A DNA stretch of 64,000 nt, from the NCBI RefSeq assembly GCF_045037415.1, contig NZ_CP173438.1. The stretch is one strand, 5' to 3'. This DNA is from Escherichia coli. GTDB taxonomy: Bacteria; Pseudomonadota; Gammaproteobacteria; Enterobacterales; Enterobacteriaceae. The notes below the pieces were generated by a model. That model did no database searches, was not told where the DNA came from, and saw only the letters and a program-made list of their open reading frames with translations. Both the position numbers and the translations under genes were made by a program. Of the stretch, positions 1-10,818 are shown in pieces. Every line of letters begins with the position of its first letter. Position 1 is the stretch's first letter.

Positions 1-60
1 ATATTTCTTATATGAATGAGTACAAAAAGGCGGGGGAAACTTATCTGTGTAAAAACAGTG

Positions 61-240
61 GGTAGGCATGATAAGACGCGTCAGCGTCGCATCAGGCATC
101 TGCGCATGGTGTCGGATGCGGCGCGAGCGCCTTATCCGACCTACGGTTCAGGCCTGTAGGCATGATAAGACGCGTCAGCGTCGCATCAGGCATCTGCGCA
201 CGGTGTCGGATGCGGCGCGAGCGCCTTATCCGACCTACTC
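61..240. repeat. Tandemly duplicated REP/BIME element (two near-identical ~94 bp units containing GCCTGATAAGACGCGTCAGCGTCGCATCAGGC-type REP palindromes)
   Basis: Two almost identical copies visible at ~67-160 and ~161-240; REP consensus palindromes (gcctgatgcg / cgcatcaggc, cttatccgacctac); sits immediately 3' of prpE. Confidence 0.85.
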
Positions 241-2121
241 TTCCATCGCCTGGCGGATCTGATCCAACGACGCCGGATCATCAATGGTCGTCAGATCCCC
301 AGGATCGCGTCCTTCGCAAATCGCCTGGATCGTGCGGCGCAGCATTTTTCCGGATCGCGTTTTTGGCAATTGCGAGACAAACCAGACGTGCGCCGGGCGG
401 CCAAAGTTGCCAATCTGGCTGTCCACCAGCGCCATAATCGCCTTCTCTTGCGAGTGCGCCACCTCACGGTCTTCCAGACTGTCGCTCTCTTTCGGAATGA
501 CAAACGCCACCGCCACCTGCCCTTTCAGCGCATCTTTCACCCCAACCACCGCCACTTCGGCAACGCCCGGATGACTGGAGATACTCTCTTCAATCTCACG
601 CGTACCCAGCCGATGTCCGGCAACGTTAATCACATCGTCAGTGCGCCCGAGAATAAAGTGATAACCGTCAGCATCGCGGATGCCCCAGTCAAAAGTGGCG
701 TACACCGGACGGGAAAACAGCGACCAGTACGTCTTCACAAAGCGGTCGTCGTCGCCCCAGATGGTCTGAATACAGCCTGGCGGCAATGGCCCCTCCACTA
801 CCAGCATCCCTTTCTCATTGACGCCACACGGTTCGCCGGTGACTTCATTGAGCAACTGCACGTTATAGCCATACATCGGCACGCCGGGGCTTCCCAGACG
901 CGTCGGTCTGTCATCCAGACCGCGAGCAATCGCCATAATCGGCCAGCCGGATTCGGTCTGCCAGTAGTTGTCGATGACCGGCACATCCAGCGTATTGCTC
1001 ACCCAACTGGCGGTCGGCTCGTCCAGCGGTTCTCCAGCCAGATAGAGCACTTCCAGCGACGAAAGATCGTGTTTGCGAATTTCAGCGGTAGGGAATTTTT
1101 TCAGCACGCGAATGGCGGTCGGCGCTGAGAACATGCGGCTAACCTGATATTTCTCGACAATTTTCCACCACACGCCGCAGTCCGGCCAGGTCGGCAATCC
1201 TTCGTAAACGATAGTCGCCATCCCCGCCAGCAGCGGCGCGTAAACGATATACGAATGCCCTACCACCCAGCCGATATCCGAAGCACAAAAGAACACGCCG
1301 CCCGCTTTGCCGCCAAAAATGGTGTCCATCGAGGTCGCCAGCGCCACCGCATATCCGCCGACATCACGCTGCACACCTTTAGGTTTGCCGGTCGTGCCGG
1401 AGGTGTAGAGAATGCAGGAGGTTTCGTTGGATTCCAGCCATGCCACCGGCACCCGCGCGCCGATGTGCTGATGGCGCAACGACGCGAAATCGACATCCCG
1501 CCCGCTAACGCGCGCCATTTTCGCCAGCCCGCGATCCACCAGTAAAACGTGACGCGGCTGATGCTGTGCCTGACTTATCGCATCGTCGAGCAATTTTTTA
1601 TACGGAATGATTTTACCGCCGCGCGCCCCGGCATCAGCCGAGACAATCAGCACCGGTTTAGCGTCATCAATTCGCGCCGCCACGCTGTGCGAGGCAAAAC
1701 CCCCAAACACCACCGAGTGAATAGCACCAATGCGCGCGCAGGCCAGCAGGGTAATATGCGCTTCGGCAATCATCGGCATATACACCAGCACCCGATCGCC
1801 ACGCTGCACGCCCAGCGAGCGCAGCATTGACGCCACCGCATTCACTTCGTCATGCAGTTGGCGGAAGGTAAAGGTACGCTCTTCCTCTGTTTCCGAAGAG
1901 ACGGCAATCAATGCCAGCGCCTCTGGCTGTTTCTCCAGCCAGCGGTCGATAGCGTTGTGACACAAGTTGGTTCGGCCTTCACAAAACCAACGGGCAAACG
2001 GCGGGTTGCTGTGGTCGAGCGTTTGCGTAAAGGGCGTCTGCCAGTCAATACGCCGGGCCTGCTCGGCCCAGAACTGCTCCGGTTCGTTAATCGAACGCTG
2101 ATAAAATTCGCTAAAAGACAT
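235..2121 (-). CDS. prpE: Propionyl-CoA synthetase (acyl-CoA synthetase family)
   Basis: 628 aa ORF; AMP-binding signature YTSGTTGKPKGV seen; last gene of prpBCDE operon by synteny. Confidence 0.95.
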   Translation of the reverse strand: MSFSEFYQRSINEPEQFWAEQARRIDWQTPFTQTLDHSNPPFARWFCEGRTNLCHNAIDRWLEKQPEALALIAVSSETEEERTFTFRQLHDEVNAVASMLRSLGVQRGDRVLVYMPMIAEAHITLLACARIGAIHSVVFGGFASHSVAARIDDAKPVLIVSADAGARGGKIIPYKKLLDDAISQAQHQPRHVLLVDRGLAKMARVSGRDVDFASLRHQHIGARVPVAWLESNETSCILYTSGTTGKPKGVQRDVGGYAVALATSMDTIFGGKAGGVFFCASDIGWVVGHSYIVYAPLLAGMATIVYEGLPTWPDCGVWWKIVEKYQVSRMFSAPTAIRVLKKFPTAEIRKHDLSSLEVLYLAGEPLDEPTASWVSNTLDVPVIDNYWQTESGWPIMAIARGLDDRPTRLGSPGVPMYGYNVQLLNEVTGEPCGVNEKGMLVVEGPLPPGCIQTIWGDDDRFVKTYWSLFSRPVYATFDWGIRDADGYHFILGRTDDVINVAGHRLGTREIEESISSHPGVAEVAVVGVKDALKGQVAVAFVIPKESDSLEDREVAHSQEKAIMALVDSQIGNFGRPAHVWFVSQLPKTRSGKMLRRTIQAICEGRDPGDLTTIDDPASLDQIRQAMEE

Positions 2122-2160
2122 AATGCTCTCCTGTTGAACTTACGCCTTACCGCCGTTTAC

Positions 2161-3612
2161 TTAAATGACGTACAGGTCGAGATACTCATTGACCGGCATC
2201 TGTTCCAGGCGAGTTCTGTCGAGAGAAACCTCCAGAATGCGCTGCTGCTGGCGAGTCGGGAACTGGCGCGCGAGATTGATTTTGAATTTATCGACCAGCT
2301 TCGGAATGCCATCCTGACGGCGGCGAGCATGACCAATTGGGTACTCCACCACCACTTCTTCAAATCGCGTGCCGTCGGTGAACTCAAGGGTTATGGCATT
2401 GGCGATGGCGCGTTTTTCCGGGTCGTGGTAGTCAGCGGTAAACACCGGATCTTCAAAGCAATTGATCTTCTCGCGCAGAGCGTCGATGCGTTTATCTTGC
2501 GCAACGTTGTCCTCGTAATCTGCCGCCGTTAAGCGCCCGAACAGCAGCGGGATCGCCACCATGTACTGAATGCAGTGGTCGCGGTCAGCCGGGTTATTGA
2601 GCGGCCCTTTTTTGTCGATGATGCGAATACAGGCTTCGTGGGTGCGAATGGTCACTTTTTCGATATCCGCCGCCGTTTTGCCTGCTGCCTGCATCTGTTC
2701 ATAGAGCGTCATCGCTGCTTCAACTGCCGTCTGGGAGTGGAACTCCGCCGGGAAGGAGATTTTGAACAGCACATTTTCCATCACGTAAGAACCATACGGG
2801 CGCTGGAAGCGGAACGATTCGCCTTTAAAGGAGACGTCGTAGAAGCCCCACACCGGCGCAGTCAGGGCTGACGGATAACCCATTTCGCCGGTTTTCGCCA
2901 TCAGTGCCAGACGTACCGCGCGGGAAGTGGCATCGCCCGCCGCCCAGGATTTACGCGTACCGGTGTTCGGCGCATGGCGATAGGTGCGCAGCGACTGTCC
3001 GTCTACCCATGCCAGCGAAACGGCGTTGAGAATTTCCTCGCGGGTCAGGCCGAGCATTTCGGCGACCACGGCGGTGGAAGCCACTTTCACTAACAGAACG
3101 TGGTCGAGGCCGACGCGGTTAAAGGAGTTTTCCAGCGCGATGCAGCCCTGAATTTCATGGGCTTTGATCATTGCGGTCAGCACCTGTTTCATGGTCAACG
3201 GCGCTTTGCCGCTGGCGACCGCGTTGCGCGAAAGCCAGTCCGCCGTTGCCAGAATGCCGCCGAGGTTGTCGGAAGGATGCCCCCACTCCGCCGCCAGCCA
3301 GGTATCGTTGAAATCGAGCCAACGGATCATCGCGCCAATGTTAAATGCCGCCTGGACGGGGTCGAGCTGAAACTGAGTTCCGGGGACGCGCACGCCATTG
3401 GGTACGACGGTGCCGGGGACAATTGGCCCCAGCAGTTTTTTACAGGCCGGATATTCGAGAGCTTCCAGACCACAGCCGAGCGTGTCGAGCAGGCAGTAAT
3501 GTGCGGTGTCGTAGGCTACTCTGGAGCTGATTTCGTAGTTCATCACGTAATCGACGATATCAACGATTTCACGATCAAATTCCGGGCGAATGTTGTTGAT
3601 TTGAGCTGACAT
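2161..3612 (-). CDS. prpD: 2-methylcitrate dehydratase (MmgE/PrpD family)
   Basis: 483 aa ORF matching PrpD length and position between prpC and prpE. Confidence 0.95.
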   Translation of the reverse strand: MSAQINNIRPEFDREIVDIVDYVMNYEISSRVAYDTAHYCLLDTLGCGLEALEYPACKKLLGPIVPGTVVPNGVRVPGTQFQLDPVQAAFNIGAMIRWLDFNDTWLAAEWGHPSDNLGGILATADWLSRNAVASGKAPLTMKQVLTAMIKAHEIQGCIALENSFNRVGLDHVLLVKVASTAVVAEMLGLTREEILNAVSLAWVDGQSLRTYRHAPNTGTRKSWAAGDATSRAVRLALMAKTGEMGYPSALTAPVWGFYDVSFKGESFRFQRPYGSYVMENVLFKISFPAEFHSQTAVEAAMTLYEQMQAAGKTAADIEKVTIRTHEACIRIIDKKGPLNNPADRDHCIQYMVAIPLLFGRLTAADYEDNVAQDKRIDALREKINCFEDPVFTADYHDPEKRAIANAITLEFTDGTRFEEVVVEYPIGHARRRQDGIPKLVDKFKINLARQFPTRQQQRILEVSLDRTRLEQMPVNEYLDLYVI

Positions 3613-3645
3613 TGGGTACGTTTCCTTATTGTTATTCGTAGAGGT

Positions 3646-4815
3646 TTACTGGCGCTTATCCAGCGCGACAAACTGGCGGTCTTCCGGTCCAACATAATTG
3701 GCGGAAGGACGGATAATTTTGTTGTCCTGACGTTGTTCGATAATGTGCGCCGCCCAGCCAGTGACGCGGGCGATAACAAACAGTGGTGTGAATATCTCGG
3801 TGGGAACACCCATCATGTTGTAGGAAACAGCGGAGAACCAGTCGAGATTGGGGAACATCTTTTTGCTCTCCCACATCACTGTTTCCAGGCGATCGGCGAT
3901 GTTGTACATCTTCAGCGAGCCGCCTTCCTGCGAGAGCTGCTTTGCCACGCGTTTGATCACCTGGTGGCGCGGGTCGGCGATGGTATAAACCGGATGCCCA
4001 AAACCAATGACCACTTCTTTGTTTTCCACCCGCTTACGGATATCAGCTTCGGCTTCGTCCGGCGTTTCGTAGCGTTGCTGGATCTCCAGCGACACTTCAT
4101 TCGCTCCGCCGTGTTTCGGCCCGCGCAGTGCGCCAATCGCGCCAATAATGGCGGAATACATATCAGAGCCAGTGCCCGCAATCACCCGGCTGGTAAAGGT
4201 GGAAGCGTTAAACTCGTGTTCGGCGTACAGCACCAGCGAAATATGCATCGCCTTTTCCCAGCTTTGCGACGGCTTTTCGCCGTGCAGCAGATGCAGGAAG
4301 TGACCGCCGATAGAGTCGTCATCGGTTTCCGGCTGAATGCGTTCGCCGTTGTGGCTGTAGTGATACCAGTAGAGAAGAATCGAGCTAAGTGACGCCAGCA
4401 GTTTGTCGGCAATATCCCGTGCGCCAGAGACGGTATGCCCCTCTTTTTCTGGCAGCGTGCAGCCGAGCGCGGAAACGCCGGTGCGCATAACATCCATCGG
4501 GTGTGACGCCGCCGGTAAGGCTTCCAGCACGGTACGCACGTTAGCCGGTAAACCACGCAGGGCTTTCAGTTTCGTTTTGTAGGCGGCGAGTTCGTCACGG
4601 GTTGGCAGTTTGCCGTGGATCAGCAGATGCGCCACTTCTTCAAATTCACAATGTTCCGCCAGATCAAGAATATCGTAGCCACGGTAATGCAGGTCGTTGC
4701 CGCTTTTACCCACGGTGCAGAGCGCCGTATTGCCCGCCGGAACGCCGGAAAGTGCCACCGATTTTTTCGGTTTAATGACATGGGTACTGTTTTGCAGGAT
4801 CGTTGTGTCGCTCAT
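3646..4815 (-). CDS. prpC: 2-methylcitrate synthase (citrate synthase family)
   Basis: 389 aa ORF; citrate-synthase motif [10 protein letters not shown] seen; synteny. Confidence 0.95.
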   Translation of the reverse strand: MSDTTILQNSTHVIKPKKSVALSGVPAGNTALCTVGKSGNDLHYRGYDILDLAEHCEFEEVAHLLIHGKLPTRDELAAYKTKLKALRGLPANVRTVLEALPAASHPMDVMRTGVSALGCTLPEKEGHTVSGARDIADKLLASLSSILLYWYHYSHNGERIQPETDDDSIGGHFLHLLHGEKPSQSWEKAMHISLVLYAEHEFNASTFTSRVIAGTGSDMYSAIIGAIGALRGPKHGGANEVSLEIQQRYETPDEAEADIRKRVENKEVVIGFGHPVYTIADPRHQVIKRVAKQLSQEGGSLKMYNIADRLETVMWESKKMFPNLDWFSAVSYNMMGVPTEIFTPLFVIARVTGWAAHIIEQRQDNKIIRPSANYVGPEDRQFVALDKRQ

Positions 4816-4857
4816 ATTGTCCTCGTCATTGTTATCATTTGTAGGGTCGAGATTGTT

Positions 4858-4958
4858 GTCGGATGCGACGCTATGCGTCTTATCCGACCTACAGTTCAGT
4901 TCACCTCGTAGGCCTGATAAGTCGCGTCAGCGGCGCATCAGGCATCGGTTGTCGAATA
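4858..4958. repeat. REP/BIME element pair between prpC and prpB
   Basis: Inverted REP palindromes (tcggatgcgacgc...cttatccgacctac; gcctgataagtcgcgtcagcggcgcatcaggc) in the prpB-prpC intergenic gap. Confidence 0.85.
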
Positions 4959-4974
4959 CAACCAACGGGCGTTT

Positions 4975-5865
4975 TTATTTCACCTGACCACGGGCAAACA
5001 GGTCGTCGAGCTTCTCTTCGTACTGGTAGTAGTTGATGCTTTCGTACAGCTCGTTGCGGGTCTGCATGGTGTCGATGACGCTTTTCTGTGTGCCTTCCTG
5101 ACGCAGGATGTTGTAGACATGTTCAGCGGCGCGGTTCATGGCGCGAAACGCTGAAAGCGGGTAGAGCGCCATTGCGACATGGGCGCTGCGTAATTCGTCG
5201 GTGGTAAACAGCGGTGTTGCGCCAAATTCGGTAATGTTGGCGAGGATCGGTACCTGCACCGCATCGGCAAACTGGCGATACATGGCGAGTTCGGTAATCG
5301 CCTCCGGGAACAGCATTTCGGCACCCGCTTCAACATAGGCCTGCGCACGCTCGATCGCCGCATCCAGCCCCTCTACCGCCAGCGCATCGGTGCGCGCCAT
5401 GATCACAAAATCAGGATCGGTTTTCGCATCCACCGCCGCACGGATCCGATCCACCATTTCCTCTTTCGAGACGATCGCTTTGTTCGGGCGATGACCGCAG
5501 CGTTTCGCACCAACCTGATCTTCAATATGCAATCCTGCCGCACCGGCTTTAATCATCGATTTCACGGTGCGCGCCACGTTAAAAGCAGAAGAACCAAAAC
5601 CGATATCCGCATCCACCAGCAGCGGTAGCGAACAAACGTCGGTGATACGGCGAATGTCAGTCAGCACATCATCAAGAGTAGAAATACCGAGATCGGGCAG
5701 CCCCAGCGACCCTGCCGCCACGCCACCGCCGGAGAGATAAATCGCCTGATATCCGGCACGCTGCGCCAGCAGCGCATGGTTAGCGTTGATAGTGCCAACA
5801 ATCTGCAATGGATTTTCTTTAGTCAGTGCAGCGCGAAACGCTTTACCTGGAGAGTGTAGAGACAT
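4975..5865 (-). CDS. prpB: 2-methylisocitrate lyase (isocitrate lyase/PEP mutase family)
   Basis: 296 aa ORF; KRCGH active-site loop seen (GAKRCGHRP); first gene of prp operon; AAGGA RBS upstream. Confidence 0.95.
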   Translation of the reverse strand: MSLHSPGKAFRAALTKENPLQIVGTINANHALLAQRAGYQAIYLSGGGVAAGSLGLPDLGISTLDDVLTDIRRITDVCSLPLLVDADIGFGSSAFNVARTVKSMIKAGAAGLHIEDQVGAKRCGHRPNKAIVSKEEMVDRIRAAVDAKTDPDFVIMARTDALAVEGLDAAIERAQAYVEAGAEMLFPEAITELAMYRQFADAVQVPILANITEFGATPLFTTDELRSAHVAMALYPLSAFRAMNRAAEHVYNILRQEGTQKSVIDTMQTRNELYESINYYQYEEKLDDLFARGQVK

Positions 5866-5911
5866 AGCCCATCCTTTGTTATCAACTTGTTATTTGCGTT
5901 GATAAAGACAA

Positions 5912-5927
5912 AGCAATGGGTGTGCCA
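5912..5927 (-). promoter_or_regulatory. Sigma-54 (RpoN) promoter of prpBCDE: TGGCAC-N5-TTGCT on the minus strand
   Basis: Plus strand reads agcaatgggtgtgcca, reverse complement TGGCACACCCATTGCT with GG and GC elements at the canonical -24/-12 spacing, ~45 bp upstream of prpB ATG. Confidence 0.8.
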
Positions 5928-6001
5928 CAATTGCCTTAATAAAATTAAACATTTAATTTCAATGAGTTAAAGATAAATTCATGAAGTAATCCGCAAATAT
6001 G

Positions 6002-6059
6002 CGTTTCAGTTAACGTTTCAGGCAATGTTTCACCGCGTTTCATTGCAACAATTATGAAA
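6002..6059. promoter_or_regulatory. Candidate PrpR enhancer (UAS) repeats in the prpR-prpB divergent region
   Basis: Direct repeats cgtttcag(6002-6009)/cgtttcag(6014-6021) and a palindrome GTTTCAT-N9-ATGAAAC (6037-6059) lying 80-150 bp upstream of the sigma-54 promoter; binding not proven from sequence. Confidence 0.4.
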
Positions 6060-6103
6060 CAAGACTAAACCCAATATTCGGTTTCTTAACTTTGCGGTGC
6101 GCT

Positions 6104-7691
6104 ATGGCACATCCACCACGGCTGAATGACGACAAACCGGTTATCTGGACGGTATCTGTAACGCGCCTGTTCGAGCTGTTTCGCGATATCAGCCTCGAGT
6201 TTGATCACCTGGCGAATATCACCCCTATCCAGCTTGGCTTTGAAAAAGCGGTGACCTACATCCGCAAGAAACTGGCCAACGAACGGTGCGACGCCATCAT
6301 CGCTGCTGGCTCTAACGGCGCATATCTTAAAAGTCGCCTGTCAGTGCCAGTTATTTTGATTAAACCGAGCGGCTACGATGTGTTACAGGCACTGGCAAAA
6401 GCCGGAAAACTCACCTCTTCTATCGGTGTTGTCACCTATCAGGAAACCATTCCAGCGCTGGTGGCGTTTCAAAAGACCTTTAATTTGCGCCTCGACCAAC
6501 GTAGCTACATCACCGAAGAAGACGCCCGCGGGCAAATCAATGAGTTGAAAGCCAACGGCACCGAAGCGGTGGTCGGCGCAGGGCTGATTACCGATCTGGC
6601 AGAAGAAGCCGGAATGACCGGAATTTTTATCTATTCCGCCGCCACCGTGCGCCAGGCATTCAGCGATGCGCTGGATATGACGCGCATGTCGTTACGCCAT
6701 AACACTCACGATGCCACCCGCAACGCCCTGCGTACTCGTTACGTGCTGGGCGATATGCTCGGTCAATCACCACAGATGGAACAGGTGCGGCAGACTATTT
6801 TGCTGTATGCCCGCTCCAGTGCGGCGGTGTTGATTGAGGGGGAAACGGGGACGGGCAAAGAGCTGGCGGCCCAGGCGATTCATCGGGAATATTTTTCCCG
6901 CCACGATGCGCGACAGGGCAAAAAGTCACATCCGTTTGTTGCCGTTAACTGCGGGGCGATTGCCGAATCGCTGCTGGAAGCGGAGCTGTTTGGCTATGAG
7001 GAAGGGGCGTTTACCGGCTCGCGACGCGGAGGACGCGCCGGGCTGTTTGAAATCGCCCACGGTGGTACGCTGTTTCTTGACGAGATAGGCGAAATGCCGC
7101 TGCCGTTGCAGACTCGGCTGCTGCGGGTGCTGGAAGAAAAAGAGGTCACCCGCGTCGGCGGGCATCAGCCTGTTCCGGTGGATGTGCGGGTCATTAGCGC
7201 CACTCACTGCAATCTGGAAGAAGATATGCAGCAAGGGCAGTTTCGCCGTGACCTGTTTTATCGGCTGAGTATTTTGCGTCTACAACTGCCGCCGCTACGC
7301 GAGCGGGTGGCGGATATTCTGCCGCTGGCGGAAAGCTTTTTGAAAATGTCTCTGGCGGCACTCTCTGTCCCTTTTTCTGCCGCATTACGTCAGGGATTAG
7401 AGAACCTGTCAGATTCTATTATTGCACTACGACTGGCCGGGCAATATTCGTGAACTGCGCAATATGATGGAACGACTGGCGCTGTTTTTAAGTGTGGAAT
7501 CGACGCCGGATTTAACGCCGCAATTTTTGCAGCTGCTACTGCCGGAACTGGCGCGCGAGTCGGCGAAGACTCCCATTCCAGGCTTGCTGACAGCACAACA
7601 GGCACTGGAGAAATTTAATGGCGATAAAACAGCAGCGGCGAATTATTTAGGTATCAGCCGGACGACGTTCTGGCGGCGGCTGAAAAGCTGA
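6104..7691 (+). pseudogene. prpR: Sigma-54-dependent propionate regulator PrpR, reading frame interrupted by a +1 frameshift near 7405-7422 (pseudogene or sequencing indel)
   Basis: Frame 1 ORF (to 7453) has Walker A GETGTGKE and GAFTGS; the C-terminal [17 protein letters not shown] and Fis-type HTH (AAANYLGISRTTFWRRL) continue in the +1 frame (7422-7691); intact PrpR is ~528 aa. Confidence 0.8.
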
Positions 7692-7791
7692 ACTGCCGAA
7701 TGCAGCGCGAACGCTTTATCCGGCATAAATTTCGATAGATGATGATCACCGATAAACTAACGCATCGGGGATGTTTACATAGGATTCAGAA

Positions 7792-8067
7792 TTACTTCTT
7801 CTTATAAATATTTGCCGTGCCGTGGATCTTATTGTCAGTTTGACCAGAGGTCAGTACCAACACATCAGCCCCTTTTTCATCGGCTTTTTTGATCAAATCT
7901 TCTTTCGCATCTGCGGTCGACATTTCATTACTGGTTGAAATATCACCTATTTTTTCATATTGCGATGCAACCTTTTCAAATTCCGCTTTGGTCATTAATT
8001 CTGCGGCATAGACATTGGTAACGGCAAACGCTAACGCACCGACTAACATTTTAGAGATTATTTTCAT
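7792..8067 (-). CDS. yahO: Small periplasmic protein YahO (DUF1471 family), signal peptide
   Basis: 91 aa ORF with N-terminal signal peptide ([21 protein letters not shown]); position next to prpR as in K-12. Confidence 0.85.
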   Translation of the reverse strand: MKIISKMLVGALAFAVTNVYAAELMTKAEFEKVASQYEKIGDISTSNEMSTADAKEDLIKKADEKGADVLVLTSGQTDNKIHGTANIYKKK

Positions 8068-8213
8068 ATTACGGCTCCAGAGTTGTTATCACACTATCAC
8101 CCACCCACATTATTGGGTTGATTAATAATTAGTTCAGTCAGGGCATAAACGCCAGTAACCGGAAATAAGACACTTTGTGATCTCTCTCGCACCCGATTAT
8201 TTTTGGTAGAAAT

Positions 8214-8885
8214 ATGATGAAGTTACTTCACTTATTTATGGATGAAATCACTATGGATCCTTTGCACGCCGTTTACCTGACCGTAGGATTGTTCGTGATT
8301 ACTTTTTTTAATCCGGGAGCCAATCTCTTTGTGGTAGTACAAACCAGCCTGGCTTCCGGTCGACGCGCGGGGGTGTTGACCGGGCTGGGCGTGGCGCTGG
8401 GCGATGCATTTTATTCCGGGTTGGGTTTGTTTGGTCTTGCAACGCTAATTACGCAGTGTGAGGAGATTTTTTCGCTTATCAGAATCGTCGGCGGCGCTTA
8501 TCTCTTATGGTTTGCGTGGTGCAGCATGCGCCGCCAGTCAACACCGCAAATGAGCACACTACAACAACCGATTAGTGCCCCCTGGTATATCTTTTTCCGC
8601 CGTGGATTAATTACCGATCTCTCTAACCCGCAAACCGTTTTATTTTTTATCAGTATTTTCTCAGTAACATTAAATGCCGAAACACCAACATGGGCACGAT
8701 TAATGGCCTGGGCGGGGATTGTGCTCACATCAATTATCTGGCGAGTCTTTCTAAGCCAGGCGTTTTCTTTGCCCGCTGTGCGTCGTGCTTATGGGCGTAT
8801 GCAACGCGTTGCCAGTCGGGTTATTGGTGCAATTATTGGTGTATTCGCGCTACGCCTGATTTACGAAGGGGTGACGCAGCGGTGA
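8214..8885 (+). CDS. yahN: LysE/RhtB-family amino acid exporter
   Basis: 223 aa hydrophobic ORF with LysE-type N-terminus; synteny. Confidence 0.85.
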   Translation: MMKLLHLFMDEITMDPLHAVYLTVGLFVITFFNPGANLFVVVQTSLASGRRAGVLTGLGVALGDAFYSGLGLFGLATLITQCEEIFSLIRIVGGAYLLWFAWCSMRRQSTPQMSTLQQPISAPWYIFFRRGLITDLSNPQTVLFFISIFSVTLNAETPTWARLMAWAGIVLTSIIWRVFLSQAFSLPAVRRAYGRMQRVASRVIGAIIGVFALRLIYEGVTQR

Positions 8886-9692
8886 GCAGATAATTTACTC
8901 TCTACGTAATCAACCTGATTTGCCGAATCCCAACCATCGGCGATGATAGCCCCCGTAATGCGTGGTCCTTATTTCCGATAAGTTTACTTGAGTCTTTAGC
9001 TTCCCATTTCAGCCTACTCTCCCCTGTGTGGGCTTTTTCATTGGTCTGACCCGTCCTGAATAGCCAAACAATGGCAATGTTCCACTTTGCAGGGATGATA
9101 ATAAGGGGATCTGATTCAGAAGAGTTTTGAAAAGTTGGACCGCCATCGAGGCCTCGAACCCCGTACCATACAACAATCCTGGTTGTCGTCTGCTCTTCCT
9201 GATGAGCTAATGGCGGTTTTTGATATGAGCCTTACAGCATATTTTCTGTCAGGCTTGAGTGCGATGCGTAAGATACAGAAAAGCCCCCACACAAACATGA
9301 TGGAATTATGATTTTTTTCATATGAATGTCAACCCACACATTCACAAAACATCTGTATGAGAACATTTTTTATACACCATATAGCTGCGAAACCACTGCT
9401 GGTGCTTTTTTAAGCGAAACTTCGTCGATCACAACAAAATATCGGCGAAAAAGGAGGGGGAATGCCATTTGGCATACAGATATACAGATGAAATGATGAC
9501 CTGCTTTGCGATTCACTCTCTGGTGGAATAACAACTTGCAGGTGGCTCTCTTAAATAAAAATAAACGTCGCAGATAATAAAGCTCTGATTAAACCAGACA
9601 CTATCAGAAATCGCTCATAACTAACGTGTAAAGTAGTAGAGTTAATTTAACAATCTGAATTTACGCTATAGGTTTACCACTACTTTGATATT

Positions 9693-9732
9693 ATTTCGCT
9701 CTCCTTAACTAAAAAGTTAAGGAGAGCGAAAT
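9693..9732 (-). terminator. Perfect 17 bp stem-loop (ATTTCGCTCTCCTTAAC-taaaaa-GTTAAGGAGAGCGAAAT) 36 bp downstream of yahK stop; probable terminator
   Basis: Exact inverted repeat read directly from sequence; no clean U-tract, so terminator function is uncertain. Confidence 0.45.
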
Positions 9733-9768
9733 TAATATGTTAAACCACAGGATATTTATTAATTTTTT

Positions 9769-10818
9769 TCAGTCTGTTAGTGTGCGATTATCGATAACAA
9801 AACGATATTTCACATCACCACGCAGCATTCGCTCATAGGCTTCATTAATTTGATCGGCCCGAATCATCTCTATATCAGCCACGATGCCATGTTCGGCGCA
9901 AAAATCGAGCATCTCCTGAGTTTCTGGAATGCCGCCAATCATAGAACCAGCTATCGCGCGGCGTTTCATGATCAGGTTGAAAACTTCCGGCGATTTATGC
10001 GGTGTCGCAGGCGCACCAACCAGCGTTATGGTGCCATCGCGCTTCAGCAAGGTGGTAAAATCGTCGAGATTATGTGGCGCAGCTACTGTATTCAAAATGA
10101 AATCGAAACTCTTCACATGAGCCACCATCTCATCGGCATTGCGTGAGTTAACAACTTCATCGGCCCCCAGGGCTTTTGCCGCTTCGCGTTTTGACTCAGA
10201 AGTGGTAAATGCCACCACATGCGCCCCCATCGCGTGGGCCAGTTTAATCCCCATATGTCCCAGACCGCCGATGCCGACCACGCCCACTTTTTTACCCGGC
10301 CCGGCCTGCCAGTGGCGTAGCGGCGAGTACGTGGTGATTCCTGCACACAATAAAGGAGCCACCGCCGCCAGCTGCTCTTGCGGGTGACGAATACGCAGAA
10401 CATATCGCTCATGAACGACGATCTGTTGTGAGTAGCCTCCCAGAGTATGGCCCGGTTCATCCGGTGTCGGCGAGTTATAGGTTCCGGTCATGTGATCACA
10501 GTAGTTTTCCAGCCCGTCTTCACACTCTTCGCAATGTTTACAACTGTCGACAATGCAGCCGACACCGACCAGATCGCCCGGCGCATGTTTTTCTACCTGA
10601 TCACCAACGGCTACCACGCGCCCCACAATTTCATGACCCGGCACGCAGGGGTAAACCGTCCCCGCCCACTCCGAACGGACCTGGTGGAGATCGGAATGGC
10701 AGACGCCACAGTAAGCGATTTCGATTTTGACATCATGCGGTCCCGGTTCACGCCGGGTGATATCCATCGGTTCAAGCGGTTGTTTAGCGGAATATGCACC
10801 AACAGCTTTGATCTTCAT
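9769..10818 (-). CDS. yahK: NADPH-dependent aldehyde reductase, zinc-type alcohol dehydrogenase family
   Basis: 349 aa ORF; Zn-ADH signature GHEIVGRV and CxxC structural-zinc cysteines seen. Confidence 0.9.
   Translation of the reverse strand: MKIKAVGAYSAKQPLEPMDITRREPGPHDVKIEIAYCGVCHSDLHQVRSEWAGTVYPCVPGHEIVGRVVAVGDQVEKHAPGDLVGVGCIVDSCKHCEECEDGLENYCDHMTGTYNSPTPDEPGHTLGGYSQQIVVHERYVLRIRHPQEQLAAVAPLLCAGITTYSPLRHWQAGPGKKVGVVGIGGLGHMGIKLAHAMGAHVVAFTTSESKREAAKALGADEVVNSRNADEMVAHVKSFDFILNTVAAPHNLDDFTTLLKRDGTITLVGAPATPHKSPEVFNLIMKRRAIAGSMIGGIPETQEMLDFCAEHGIVADIEMIRADQINEAYERMLRGDVKYRFVIDNRTLTD

Noticed and set aside
370-1128. 252 aa plus-strand ORF (and several other 60-230 aa ORFs) lying antisense within prpE, prpD, prpC, yahG, yahF, fdeC and others
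   Set aside because: They sit entirely inside well-supported genes on the opposite strand, have no recognisable domains or RBS, and look like the usual GC-rich antisense open frames.
9017-9299. Imperfect inverted pair CCCCTGTGTGGGCTTTTT (~9017) and AAAAGCCCCCACACAAAC (~9279)
   Set aside because: Several mismatches and no coding or recombinase context; too weak to call a mobile-element terminal repeat.
9737-9844. 35 aa ORF beginning just after the 17 bp hairpin with an AAGGAG in the stem
   Set aside because: It runs antisense into the 3' end of yahK and the apparent RBS would be sequestered in the stem; more likely a by-product of a terminator hairpin.
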